A DNA stretch of 64,000 nt from Flectonema sp. DT1601 (GCA_964019425.1 OZ025805.1:558001-622000); one strand, 5' to 3'; positions 34,101-48,271 are shown, counted from the first letter of the stretch. Made by a program: numbers and translations. Notes: generated from the letters alone by a model not told the origin.

Positions 34101-37100
34101 GAGGTTTATACTTTCGGTTTCGAACTTTAGTAGTCTTGACATCGATTCGAATGACCAATCTCGTTGGTTTGCAGTTCTTTGAAAAGTTTCATCTTCCTCG
34201 TTAAGGTTCATTAATCTGATGATTGCTTCCGTCGTAATTATTTCATTGAGTTGTAAAGAGTGTTGTGATTGTTCAGAAAAAGCTAACATCGCTTGTTCTT
34301 CAGATGCCAGAGTTGTTTTAATGTTGTTTTCAATATCTTCCCTCAGACTTGTTTCTTTGTTTTCAAGAGATTCCCGTCTCTGTTGATCAAATTTAATATT
34401 ATTCTCAATACTATCGGTCTCTTGATTTGCTTGTTCGACGTCAGCCTTCAAGCTTTGATTACTTTTTTTCTCTTCGATGTCAGGTTGTAAGTCTTGAATG
34501 CTATCCTTCTTCTCAAGTGGTTGTTCGATATCAGTTTTATTTAAACTTTTATTGCTTTGTTCTTTTTGAAGAGTCTCACGTTGGTGTTGTTCAACATCAG
34601 CTTCTTGAATAGCAGCATTAGATGATTCAAATTGTTCTAAAATATAACAACGAACTGACTCTTCTGTTGATGTAATCAGTTCTCCGTTTGATAAACTGAT
34701 ATTTAAAACAGTTTCAATCAGCTGCTGTAGTTCAGTAGTTAGTCTACAGATGCTTTCCAATTCAATCATATGAGTGTTGTATATTACTGTTCTATCATCT
34801 ATCTCAGAATCACAGAATTCATATTGTGATTCTTCACACACAGACAACCCTTCAGTTCGATGTGATTTATAAATTAGATTCCAACCAGAATTTTCAACAT
34901 CTTGAGTAAGAAATCGACTGATAGACTCGACTACTGAAATGTTGTTATATTCGAGTAGCCGACGTGTCGAGGTCTCGTCTAGTTGTGATGCAGATATTGA
35001 GATGGCGATTTGTTCAATAGTTTCATATTGATGGATATGATCGAAATCGATTACTTGGAATAATTCCAACTCCTCGATTTCAATCCGACTTCGATGTGAA
35101 CCCTCTTCGTAAATAACTTGTGAGGAAAGGATAGAATTAAACTCATTGTCGTTATCATTTTCAATAGTCTTTCTAAACTGATATTCCAAAATGATAAGTA
35201 ACCCAGTCTTATGAAACTGTTGTTGTTCTGACAGCGTGATGCCATAACACTCAATGATGATTTCTCTACAGAGAGATTCCAGGGTGTGAATTTCATTTGA
35301 TTCACTTTTATTTCTATCAATCTGTTCTGAGTTGACGACGCTCACGACACCATTCGCAGCCTCATCGAGCAGACGGACTTTGTCGCAATGATTTAGTTGA
35401 GTTAGTTGGAATACTAAATCGTGTTCTTCGATGATATTATTTCGATGGAGTTGTTCAGTCGAATTGTATTCAGTCAGTCGGGTTAGTAGTCTGAATGATG
35501 TTTCTGAAATAATTAATAATTCCAATTCTCTTTGAGATTCGATAGCGTTTCTACCGTCTGATTCCGTAGTTTCCATTTTATTTATTTCTTCTTCAGACAT
35601 AACGTTAACGTTTTCTTTATTATATTCCATTTTCATCCTCTCGTCTAGTTCTTCTTCGATGGTCGTTGCCCGAAGTAGTATTTCTTGTGATTCAATGGAA
35701 CTGATTGCGGCATCGATTCCCTTCAGCTGAAGCTGTTCTTCGTTGTACTGTTTGCGAATAGTTCTTCTGTCTTGAGCCTGCGTCGCAAGGATAGTAGATC
35801 GACAAGTACATTCTTCTTGTCCACAGCCTTCGATATTTTGTTTAGATTGTAATCTCTTATTGCGGTAGTTCAGGTCTCGTTGTCTCCACAAAAACGCACG
35901 AACGCTTCGCTGCACCAGCGAGGCGCTTGCCAATCTCCTGCTTATCCGAATTGATATTAAAAATCTTTTCAAAGCTATACATTCTTCACTGTTAGGACCG
36001 TAGCATTTCATTGCTACTTTGACTGATGACAGGGCGGCATTCTCAGCCTTGTTGAGTTCATTCTTTTTTAATAAGATTTCAGCTAACATCGTACCGCATG
36101 CGACGGTTTGCTCTGGTAGTTCGAGTTCTTCATTTATGACTAAGGCCTGAGAGAGAAGCTCAACTGCGATATCTTTTTTAGCCTCATCACCCTGAGTAAC
36201 ATATAGACTGGCAAGGTTAACCATCGCTTGAGAAGTACCTGATGGATGAGTTGGTTGCGAAAGTTGGGAATACCAGCCGGGAATGCCACAATAGGTTAAA
36301 CACATACCAGGATCATTCCTTCCTGAAGTAGAAGACAGAAGTGTAACGGCTGATCTAAAGTATTCCTCAGCAGCATTGAAGTTATTTCTACCCTGTTCCA
36401 GTAGCCCTAATCTGGAGAGTACGAGAGCTGCTTCTGGAGGAAGACTATCACCCGACAACGTTTCATACAATTTAAGCATCTCTTGTGAGAGTGACACCAA
36501 TTCTGATGTTGTTGCACACGTCGATAAAATAACAAATTGTAATTCATAAAGTTGCTTTATTCTTGATATCGACATGTCAACGTCTAAAGAATTAACGTAT
36601 TCAGCAGCTTGTTGTATTAATGGTAAGATCACTTCTCTACATTTCTCAGGGTTGTCACAATACATCGAGTAGGCGACTGTGCAATGGTTTATTCGACATT
36701 TAAATAATAAATCGGTGGAGTTTACATTTCCGTTTTCTATGAGGGCGTTTTCTGCTTCAGCGTACCTGTCAACACATGTTGGTAGTAACCCTTGTGCTTG
36801 TGCTAGCAAGGCTTCACCCATAACAAGTTCAGCCAGAGCAGTTGAAGTGTGATCGTACGCTATAAATAATGCTTTTGATTCTTCAAGAAGCCAACCAGCT
36901 TTTTCAAACTGACCCAATGCGATTAAACCTGATGCTTGTCTTAAGATTTCATCGAATGTGTGAAGCTCTATTTTAGAACTTCTACAGACTGCCGACTCAA
37001 CGTCATTATTAATAATCTGTAACTCTACTTCACTATAACCAATTAGTAAGGGTATTCCTCTGGCTTTCAAATCAGTTACATTACCTCCCTTAAATACACA

Positions 37101-38464
37101 CGTTGAGAGTTGGCATATTCTTCTGAAGAGGTCCTGCATATTCAATCCTTCAGACGATAGTTGGATGTGATCAGAAGCTGGGAATTTCGATCTTGCGATA
37201 TAATCAAGTACAAGAGACCAATACATGCTGGTGTCTTCAAGGACCGCTCCATATAAACGAGAGGCGGATATCAACAGAACGTCTGAATCAGTTGCTTTAA
37301 TAAGACGGTGCTCTGCTCTGAGAATCGCCTTACAGACTCTTGCGACGACCTCGATAGTACAAATATCAAAAGGAGTCTTATTAGTGTTGTTTAATAGTTT
37401 TGAATGAATTCTTGATCTGAAGACTCCAAGAAGACAAGTATTAACACCATGATTATGAAGGACGTTAATCAATCCTGCGTTGGTATGTTCTTCTTGACTA
37501 AGCCAGACATTCGCAGCAATCTCTATTTGAGTGATAACAATAGAAGCTAATAATTCCGTGTCTATTTTATTATTTAATTTCATTTGAATGGCTAACAGTT
37601 CCTTCCGAGCACAACAACGTGGAAGCGTATCGACACCAGAAAGTCTTGGAGTAATGAATGGAACTAAAGCTCTAGCATCGAGAATATAAAACCTACCATC
37701 CAGAGCATGACATGTTGGGATGTCCTTTACTAGAGAGAGGTCACTCCGCATGCATTCTATCAGCTGTGTTGGTGTTTTACAATACAAAAGGTAAGTTTCA
37801 ATTCATTAAAAAAAAAAAACACACAAACCCTCTGAACAGAACTACTATCGACACCTTCATTATGAAACGTTGTGTTAGTGGTTGCCTTTATACAAGCAGT
37901 AGCAGTAATGGGTAGACCTCTGTAAATAATAATACCAGCCAATGGAACAGTGACAACCTTCACAGCGGTTGAGAGAACCGCGTCAAAAGATTTGATAAGT
38001 TGCCTTGCTTGAATCATATCAGGCCATACTTGATACATTATTCCATCTTTTCGATAGATCGGATCAGCCAACCCAGCGCTAGGAATACTTCTGTTCTGTT
38101 CTTGGAGATGGTACTCACGGGCTATTTGAGTTGCTCCAGGTTTCGCTGCATTCAGAAAGTTTTGTTGAAGAATTTGAAGCCTTTCAACTTTGAGTTGAAT
38201 AGAAGTAGCGTCATACACATCCTCGTCTAAAATAGTTTGAAATTGAGTATTCCAATCACAAGCAGAACCACTCTTAGCTTTACACAACACGGAATAGTAC
38301 TCGCTGTATTGTTGATTTCCAATATTGCAGTCTGCTTCTCTTCTCCATTCGTTCCAAATTTTTATAATATTTTTTGGTTGCGCTGGTGGCACAGTTCGGT
38401 TCTTCTTCTTCTTCCCGACCGACATAATTCCGAATGGCTGTGTGTCGGGTGAAGTTACTTCCAT
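31177..38464 (-). CDS. Large Clu-like / TPR / coiled-coil / multi-IQ protein (~2309 aa, 6 exons)
   Basis: Exons 38464-37829, 37763-32721, 32659-32585, 32496-32318, 32250-32100 and 32022-31177 join in frame through GT..AG introns (6930 nt total). Clu-like DWNTQFQ...VPLAGIIIYRG, TPR-like helices and about 10 IQ motifs (AAxKIQSxxRG). Confidence 0.8.
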
Positions 38465-38713
38465 CACGACATGTTGAGGATTTTTTTTTTCTTTTTTTTT
38501 TTCTTCAAAGAAATTTCTGTTATAAATAAAAAGAAGTTCATCATCACAATTTAACATCCACTATCAAGGTGATCGATTGAAAACTTATTATTTTTTTTTT
38601 TTTTTTTTTCCCCTTCCTTTCTTCGAAATGTTAAGGTAAGAGAGACTCTCAAGAAGAAAAGATTGATAACGAGTAGTCTCCCAAAGGATAGAATGAACAT
38701 GTTTAACTAATAT

Positions 38714-39281
38714 TTATTTTAGTTTTTGTGTTTGTAATTTGAACTGCCACATCATAGCCGCAGCAGTTACATGTGCGTTAAGTGATCGAGAGGCACCATC
38801 AAGGGGAAGCTCAACGAAGTCGTCTACGAGTTCCGGTCTGCGAAGCAACCAAGCAGGACATCCCATCTGTTCATTCCCAACAATGATAACAGTTTTATCG
38901 CTGAATTTATAGTCTGTGGCTGAAGTGCTGTTATCAGTTTGTTCTACTGCAACAATACGAAATCCTGCTTTACGTTTAGCCTTGATATACATCGCAAGAC
39001 GTTCTCCAGGAGGTACTTCTATAATTTTAAGCCATCGTTCGGATGCCAGGCTCATGCGGAGAAAACCTGGTTCTTGAGTTGCCTTTAAAGATGGGAGAGT
39101 GACTTCAGCTTCAGGTCCGAAAAGCGCTTCGAGTGTTCTGCAAAGTCCAGCTTGGTTTGGAATGTTGTCTAAGAATGAACCTATTACACATATCTTCTTA
39201 TCGACGTCAGTGTTTCCATGAACAGGTCTGCCAGATGTTTGTCTTCTTTGATGAGTCTCCTGCTCATCACTTTCAGAATTC

Positions 39282-39313
<32 letters not shown>

Positions 39314-42300
39314 TCCACCGTAATGACCCCTCGCTCTTGCAGGACATCTCCTTGATCCTTTCTGAGTCCAACCAGCTGATGGAGTGCTGTTCTTCTCTTT
39401 CTCTTTATCAACATCTTCCAATTCAACAAATTTACGTTTTATAAATCTCATGGCCTTCGTAGTTGATGTTTCGATATTTAATGTTGAGAACGGAGGGAGA
39501 GGATATCTTTTATAATACAAAGATACTACAGACCCGAGCTTAACAGCTTCACGGAGTGCGCTCAGATGAGGGTTGCTGTTAAAGAAAACAGCAGCTTGTG
39601 ATAAGATCGATAAATCAACATCACACTTATCAGAATTCAAACATTCAGAAAGCAGCAACTGCGCATGAATCCTAACACTGTGAGTCATACAAAACGACCA
39701 ACTAATAAGATTCTGTAGCAACCAATTAAGATATTGATTAATATTGTCTACGGCATCAGTAAGCAATAGTTGGGCTGCTACGACCACCGTACTGACTGCT
39801 AGTCGGGTTTCAGTTTTGTAGTTTCCGAGAATCTGTCTAATCCTTGGAACACAATTATTCCGATTTGGTCTCAAGGCGCAGCATATTGCCCATACATTTT
39901 GAACCATAACTCTAGTCTTTGGAATCAACAGATGCGACTGTTGAAGTTCTTCCACAGCAATTTTAGCAGCTTCGTCAACGACAGATGTATCTGACTCGGA
40001 CTCGAACTGAACAACATTTGGTAGTAGTCCTGTTATGGTCCACCATTTGCGAATTCTTCGAATATTTTGATCAGAACCAGCGAAGCCTTCACTGTCATCA
40101 GTGAGGTGTAATAATTTAGAAGTCAGATTTCTTAAGATGTTTATTTTATGATGTTCTCCATCACCTAACTCACTGAAATACTTCACAATTAAATACGCTG
40201 GATGTTTTTCTGATAGCGTTTCCGACTTCGCCACGGTTGATGTGATGATTAAATTTTTAAAAAGGTTTGCTGTGATTTCTTCTCCAGTCTTTTCGATATT
40301 GTTAATCAAACATCTGGTTAGTTGCTCGCTTGCGATTGAAGACGTTTGGAGTCGCTCAGTAGAGTTTGGGAAGTCAGAAGTACTTCCGCTGTATAAAGTA
40401 GATAGTAAATCAGTTTTCCCACTTGTCAGTACCATCGTGAAGAAATTATAATAAGCGTCTCTCGATCCTTGAAATTTAGCCGGCAATTGTCTGAGCAACT
40501 CCCAACACTTCTCGATGGTATTTTTATCTGTCGATCTCTGACCGAGTCCTTGTAGTAGTAAAGATATTCCTCTCGTCGGTACTTTTGATTTCTTTTTCTT
40601 TTTATTACTGACGGCTCCTTTCTGACCGCAGGCACTCTCAACACTTTCGCAAAATGATTGCAACGCTGTTTCACGAAGCCAAGTTGTAACATCTCTGGAC
40701 AGGTCGTTGTTATCTAATTGGAATAAGAGGAGGCAGAGCTGAAGTTTTCCAACAGTCTGATGTTGTGATGAAAGAGGAGTGTCATCACTATCCTTGTTGA
40801 GGATGTACCGTAGTATCTCTGTACTCACTGCGGATGTTACGAAGTTCGGTGGACAAGAAATTAAAATTCCAACGTGAGAATCATTCATTTGTTTACAAGC
40901 GAATTCACACACGCCCTGAACAACTGACTGTGAGAGTATTCCCATTTCAAGAAGAGTGCCAATAGATAAACTCGCATTAGTACTGATTGAAGTCTTCTGT
41001 TGAAGCATTTCAATTAGAAATTTAGTTTTGTCAAAGTGAAGAAGAGCTTCACTGAGAGACGTCGAAGGCTTTGCTTCTGTTATGGCAGCCAACATCCTCA
41101 AACTCAAAACTGATTCTTCAATACGATCAGAATGACTATTGGAGATTGTTTTTATGATTTCTTTGAGTTGACAATCATTCAAACCGGATGCGATCTTTAC
41201 GATGTTTTCATACTTCGCATCATCGCTGAAGACCCATCGACGTAGAACTCCCCAAAGAGACTTCTCACACAGTAATTTAATCGCATCTGTTGAGTTGCAA
41301 TTCATAAAATGAAATACAACATTGAGATCACAATTACAGCTGCCATCATCATCTACTGTACTGAGAACAGATAAAGACAACTCATGAAGTTGATCACAGA
41401 AATTATAAGCCGACGATGCCCATGATGTTGAGTGCGCTTTTAAAACTTCCTCAGAGAGTGAAATATCATCTTTGGTAGTATTCCTACTCAAATAAGAAAA
41501 CAGTTCTCTGATTGATGGAACGCTTCGAGGGGTTGATTCAACAGAAAATAATGACCCGACGGTCGCTAACAAATTTGCGACCACTTGAACAGGAAGTTCT
41601 ACACAAGTGACTCCACAACGAATGCCAGCCGGGAAAATGATGTCGTGAAGTGCGGAAGGAATTATAAATTTAGATAATGTTTTATTATTGAGCAGCGATG
41701 ATGACACTAACCTCACTACTCGATCGTCAGCATGCAACATCGCTCTCTCCGCAGTTATTGTAAACCACCTGCTGGGTTCCTGAACAACATCTGAAGTCGT
41801 TAATATTTCAATGAATTCCTCCCAAACAGGACTGATTAAATGTAATGGCTGCTCATCAGATAATAATGCCAACAACGGGATTAGGTTTTTAACATAACAT
41901 TCAAACTGTTGACTTGTTAGTAATGATATTCCGAGTCTTCTCGTTGACTTTGATTGATGTCTGAGGCATCTTTCAATTATTTCAAAGTCAATTGTAGACG
42001 AGTTTATGTGTAAGCATTCCAACAGTCTGAGGTGATTTATTGGTTCTTTTATGGTGGGAGTGAGTTTGGTTAAATCTTCCGAAGACGGAAGAACATTCAT
42101 CTCAGACAGTAACGATAGCTGTAAGACCCTCCAGTCTTCTCGTTGTGGTGATTTCATTAAGTCATTCAGAAGTATATTTCCGTACTTGTTTCGTTCTTCT
42201 TGAGATAAGTTTGATAAAAGTGATATCCTCAGTTCCACTGCAAGCACTGAACTACTCTCAACTGTTGTTAAAGTTTCATAGTGATGAGGATATATTTGAA

Positions 42301-42523
42301 TAAAAGACTTCCCAGATTCGATGATGTTGTCTCTGCATTTCTTGGATGACTTTTCATTTATTACGATTGTCTGAAGTGATTGTTTCCAAATTGCAATCCA
42401 ACAGTCTTCAGGAACAGAAGATACCCCAGCAGACATAATACCGGCGAGAAGCATTCCCGACTCTGAACATCTTTCTTTAGCTACTTTTTGAACGATGCCT
42501 GCAGTGAAATCTTCGATTTTCAT
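38714..42523 (-). CDS. tRNA (guanosine-18 2'-O)-methyltransferase, Trm3/TARBP1-like (SPOUT)
   Basis: Long helical N-terminus plus a C-terminal SpoU domain: NIPNQAGLCRT, VAVEQT, VGNEQMGCP, SLNAHVTAA. Confidence 0.85.
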
Positions 42524-42755
42524 AATGTCTGATCCCCTCCTGATGTAACATAAATAAAGTGATTTTCAGAGAACTGATGATTTTGTACTAAATCCCAAAC
42601 GTGACGCCTTTTTTTTTTTTTTTTTTTTTTTTAATTTTTTTTTGAAAAAACTATTTTCCCTAAGATAAATAAATGACCCGAAGCCTCCCTCCCAAAAAGT
42701 GGGAAAAAATTAAAAAGAAAATGAAAATAGAACCCGGAAGGAAAAAAAAAAATGT

Positions 42756-43142
42756 CTATGCGAAAAGCATAAGGAAGGCAATCATGAGGGCAAAAAGGCC
42801 AATAGCCTCAGTCAAGGCGAATCCAAGAATGGCGTAGTTAAAAAGAGCTCTCATGAGGTTTGGCTGACGGGCGGCGGCCAACAAAAAGCTTCCGAAGACG
42901 TTACCGATACCAACACCAACTCCGGCAAGAGCGATGGCTGAAAGACCAGTTCCAACGTAGTTCAATCCAGAAACAGTCACCTGAAGGGATGAGTTTCTCA
43001 ACTGTTTTTATTTTTTTTTTTTGTTATTTTATTCACTTGTACGTTGTACAATAATAATACCTCAGCAAACAAATCAACATACCTGAACGGCACCAACAGA
43101 TCTGACGGAACGTCTGGCAACAAGTGGGGCGACACGGTTCAT
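42756..43142 (-). CDS. ATP9: Mitochondrial ATP synthase subunit c, nucleus-encoded with presequence, 2 exons (101 aa)
   Basis: Exon 1, 43142-43083 ([20 protein letters not shown]); intron 43002-43082 (GTATG..ACAG); exon 2 contains GVGVGIG, ARQP and [10 protein letters not shown]. Confidence 0.95.
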
Positions 43143-45320
43143 TTTAATTATTTGTGAAAAAACGGGGAGATAAGCCTGAGAGAGATTGAAAAAGGAATAT
43201 AAATATCAAACCATTACTGACAATGCTGACAGAATTATACTTCTTACGAATTTTAACTACTTGCTATATGAAAAGAGAAAAGGTACGATAATCAGCAACC
43301 AAAATCTTATGACCACATGCCTTTCAGTGTTGAAGAACAACATCAAAAGAAGAAGGGGAGAAAAAAAAAAAAGGAGCAAAGGAGGGGGGAAACGAACGTA
43401 CGAGTACCTAATAATCATATCTACTAAATAATAAGAAAGAAAAGTAAAATATTTGAGAAGAAAAAGAACTCATCCGTGGGATTTAAGTAATTCAGCTCTC
43501 TCCATCAATACCAACACCATGGGAGCACTTGTGTTTCTGTGCGGGTTTGCCGAAAGGGAATGCGCGAACATTCCGCAACCTGAATGCAGAGAATTGAAGT
43601 GGCAACACAGTGACGCCGCCATTTAGATTTTGCTTGAATTTTTCATGTAGATAACGTGTTTGGCTAAACGCTCAATCATGGGTATAAATTTCAGATAAAT
43701 ACAACGACCATCTCGTATGACAAGCCAATCACGAGTTGGGGACGCTGAACGCCACGCAGTTCGCAGCTGGCGCAAATAATTGCTGAGGTCACGTAAAATA
43801 GTAAAATAATCTCACAGTCAGTCAGCTACACTATAAATCCCACTAAGTGTGTCAAAACATAACAATAATTGCTGAACAACAAACCAAGCAAAAAAAAAAA
43901 CAACAACAACTACGAGGGTACACGAGAAAGGTGCTAAATAGCACATGCGTAAAATTTGCCACATAACAGATGAAAAAAAAAAAAAAAAAAAAAAAAGAAC
44001 TTTAAAAAAACAGGAACGAAAAAAAAATGCCTAATAAGCCTTAGATAAGGGACAAAATGGTTCTTTTTTTTTTTTTTTTTTAATCCAACAAAACGAGGCT
44101 TTGGGTCTGATTATTTTTTTTTATTTTTTCAATTTTGAATCTTTTTTTCTTTGAGCGCAAGCAGAACTTTAACTAAACTCCCGTTAAAAAAAAAGGGATT
44201 AAAAAACTCTCTTTATCAAAGTCAGGGAAGCCAACCCAAAAAAAAATATTAAAACTCCCCCCTCCCCACGGAAGTAAGTTACTTTGGCACCACACAACAC
44301 CGTGAGACTCTCACTGGTGCGAAGAATAGTAAACTCACCTCAATATATAAATACCAAAAAAAACCAACTGTACTGTCTGCATAAAGGCAGACAGTAAACA
44401 GAAGAGGATTGGCGATTATTATTTTTTAGTTCCTAGTTGAAAAACATAGAGCATCAGATACATAAAATCCAAGGACGGCGTATGTGCTGGTGGGAGGTAT
44501 GCAACAAAGGAATTGCAGAGACATGTGACATCAGTGTTTGCGAGTACACTATTTCTCTAGGTTAGCGAGCATCGAATAAGTTTAGAATCCCAGAAGTAGA
44601 AGGGGGTCTTCAAACGATATAAAAAAAAAGAATAATAAAAAAAAAAACATAACTTTAATCATCTGCTTAACAGATGTGTTGGAAAGACTGTAAACAGTAA
44701 TCAAAACACCATATCGAGGTCTTGTTATTACAAATAATAAATAATAAAAAAAATTCATTCAGAGAATAACTAACATCTATTCACACGAAAGAGTGATGAG
44801 CAAACCAGCTTCGACTGCTGACACAAGTAGAGTATGCCTTGAGAGCTTAGCTCAACAAGTTTTTACCCAACCCGACTGACTCACTAACACAATCTCTGAA
44901 TAGCAGAGACCCAATAATCTAAAAAAACAGATTAATCGATTCTCTCTAAAACTTATTAAAAAAAAAAAAAAAAAAACCGAACAGAATTGAACAACAGATC
45001 AAAAAAAACATGTTATTCCAGTGGCGGTACTTTGCATCTACTCATTTTACTAAACAGAAATCCAGTGAGGGGTTCAAATTAGAGAAAACAGATAAGTTAC
45101 GATACGGTCATCTTCCCATCCCGGTGATGATCTAACAATTAAAATACAACTGATCTATAATTTTTTTATCAATTATTAATTTATTTAAGTAGACTTTTCA
45201 CTGCGATATAGTCTAGATGGTGACATAAACAAAAAAAAAAAAAAAAAAAAGAATTTAATAAAAAAAAAATAAATAAACAGAAGAAGAACCTCGTTCGTTC
45301 TTTGACTTTTGTCTTTGCGC

Positions 45321-45747
45321 AAGCGGGAAGCTAGCTTAACCTTAATAAATATAAAAAATGATTGGAATTGGTTTCTCCCAACTCATACAACCAAATCCCC
45401 TTTAACAAATTAAAGGGAGGGGATGTATGTTCGATTTTGTAAAAATTACAACTGACGTTGATTGAAACATAAAGATAATTTAACATTAGTTTTAAATACA
45501 GTGACTAAGGGTGATGCGCAACTTAGCATAATAAAGTAACTATTTAGGTTTCGAGAGAAAATAAGCCATATACCTCTTACCTCTATTCTCTCATCAGTAT
45601 GGTGTAGAAGTAAGTCAGTCAAAAATGTTGAGACTGAGTAAAGCGGGAAGCTAGCTTAGCCTGAATAAATATAAAAAAATGATTGGAATTGGTTTCTCCC
45701 AACTCATACCACGAAATCCCCTTTAACAAATGTAAGGGAGGGGAGGG
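45321..45747. repeat. Direct repeat pair (~100 bp: 45321-45423 and 45641-45747)
   Basis: AAGCGGGAAGCTAGCTTA...GATTGGAATTGGTTTCTCCCAACTCATAC...AAATCCCCTTTAACAAAT...GGGAGGGGA occurs twice with few differences. Confidence 0.9.
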
Positions 45748-47747
45748 GGTGAAAAAAAAAGAAATCTCGAAATACAGTAACAACAAAATAAACAAAGAAT
45801 TACAAAACGAAAATAATATAGCAGAAAAAAAAGAAAAAAAAAAAACAGTAAAAAAGGGGGGAAGCTTTGCTCATAAGCCCCCAAATTCGCTAGCGCAGTA
45901 AACACAAGTCTTTTAAAAAAAATCAGAAGTTTCATATCAGCCAAAGCAAACTTTTCAAAACGGCGAATAAGTACGTCGCTGCTGTACTCATTTTCGCGTA
46001 ACGACCGGTCAAAAAAGGATGATGAGGAGGAGAAAAGAAAGAAAAAGAAACGTAACAGTAAATACTTCCTTAGGGTAAAAACAGCGAAATAAAAAAAAGA
46101 AAAAAGGGGAGGCGCCTTAATTTCTTCCGCAAAAAGTTTTTTTTTTACCCCAACAGAAAACAAGTAGAAAATACCTACCTCAACAGACAATCGTTATGCA
46201 CAAGAGTCCCGATCGGAAACCCTCCCTCAAAAGTAAGCATAGAAAAAAAATATCACGTGGCTGTGCATGAGTCGGTGCGGAAATTCATTTTTTTTTATTT
46301 TTTTTTTAGTTAATTCGACACTAAAAGTTGGAAGTCAGGAAAAGAGCACAGAACATGTCAGGTAATGGTTAGCAGGCAGCCTGAAGTAACTGGTGGCTGA
46401 CAGCAACACCTACCTGACACATAATTAAAATAGAAAAGGGAAAGGCGATTGGTAACAACATAACAATTCACCACTTATGTATGTACGAAATCGTTCATCG
46501 TGAGCTGACCCAACGAATCATTCGTACAAGAAAAGAAGAAACAGAGCCTTGTGGAAATTACCCTTGTTAACCTTTTCATTTTTTTTTTTTTGTTGCTAAT
46601 ATTTTTTATCTCAAAAGAAATAAATAAATAAAAATAAAAACTTGAAATTGAAATGGGACAGAAAATAAGCAGCAAGGTAGCCATAATCGCTGAAATGTGA
46701 AGTCCCTCAACAGTAACCAGGCAGAGGTGTAATTGCTCATCTCTGTTTACTGCTGTATTCTCCATTGACAATAATCACCAAGAGTTGCTATTTTTAAAAA
46801 AATAAAAAAAAAATTATAATAATAATTTACTAAATAATTTTGGAACTAAATCCATTCTGAGCCACCAAAGTTTTTAAAAAAACAAAAAAAAAACATTCAA
46901 AAGGTAGCCTTCTTACGTTTGCGAGGTTGAGTGGGGAAACCAATTGTTTTAGTTTTGCTTGGAAAATTAGATTATTATTAAAAAAAAAACGATAATTTAA
47001 CAATCTGTAAAGGAACATAGTGAACTACGGTGTTGATTTAACTTATCTTTATTTTTTTTTTTTTTTTCGAAATAACCATTCAGGTTTTCGAGAGTAATCC
47101 ATACAGCTCTATACCTCTGTTCACTCATCATCAGTTATGGTGTAGAAGTAAGTCAGTCAACTACTGGTTAGTTACTTTTTATTTGTGTTCCTAAAGTGTT
47201 TTAATGAATGCGAGTATTTAGTAGTCAAGTATACAGTACAGGGGGTAGAAGACAAGACAGAAAAATGAGAAGAAGAAATAATAATAAATAAAAAAAATAA
47301 AACCTAAATCTAGCAAACAGCAGCTAAATATAGTGTTTTTTGTGTATTTTTAATAAAAATGAGAATAAAAAAAAAAAAAAAAAAAAAAAGAACCCAGTTT
47401 TTCCTCCTTCCTAAAGTACTTCTTAATACCGAAAAAAATATCAATGGCTCCACGATAATATTGGTTTTTTATCTTTGAGGTTTATCATTGTTTTATTTAT
47501 TTATAAAAACAACTTTTTTTCCCGAACCAGTCTTCTGGAGAGGTCACTATGGGAATCCTGTAGAGAAACTGCCTCACTTTTTTATCCGGTACTTTGGCTT
47601 TTTTTTTCTTTTTTGAGTTTTTTAAAAAATAAGAAACAGCGAAGTGACATCCCACATTCACAAGTTGACGCTTTCGTCGTGGTGCCTGACAATACGGGTT
47701 ACTAAAAAATACTTATGGAAAGGTTAAAGTTCTTTTTCACAACCACG

Positions 47748-47783
<36 letters not shown>

Positions 47784-48235
47784 GAAACGAAACGAAACAA
47801 AATACAAGAAATCGCCAACTGTTAAACAAAAACAGCAGCAAGCAACAGAAAATGACAATATATATTTTTTTTTAATTTTTTTTATTTAGTTTGTTTCGGA
47901 TGTATTTATAAATTTATAAGAGTTTGTCAGCGCACTGGGACTGCTAACGGGAGAGAGCGTCACAGAGCCGTGCGACTCTCTAGACAAATAGAGAAAGAAA
48001 AAAAAAAAAAACACTTAAAATATTTATAAAAACTTTGTTATTTTTTTTTTATTATTATTCTGGTAGACTGAACGTTATCGATAACAAACTGTTTGCTGCA
48101 AAACGCAATTACTCTGCCTATCGTCATTAAAATACTCTCAAACAAAATAAACCTCTTCCTGTTCACTTAGAAATGAACAGCAAGAGAAGAAGGGGAAGGG
48201 TAAAGATAGTTTTAAAAAGAAAAAAGATTTTGATT

Positions 48236-48271
<36 letters not shown>

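Noticed and set aside
39283..39312. Poly-His and poly-Met ORFs (39133-39444, 39184-39429)
   Set aside because: They are alternative readings of a CAT microsatellite that encodes poly-Asp in the Trm3-like gene.
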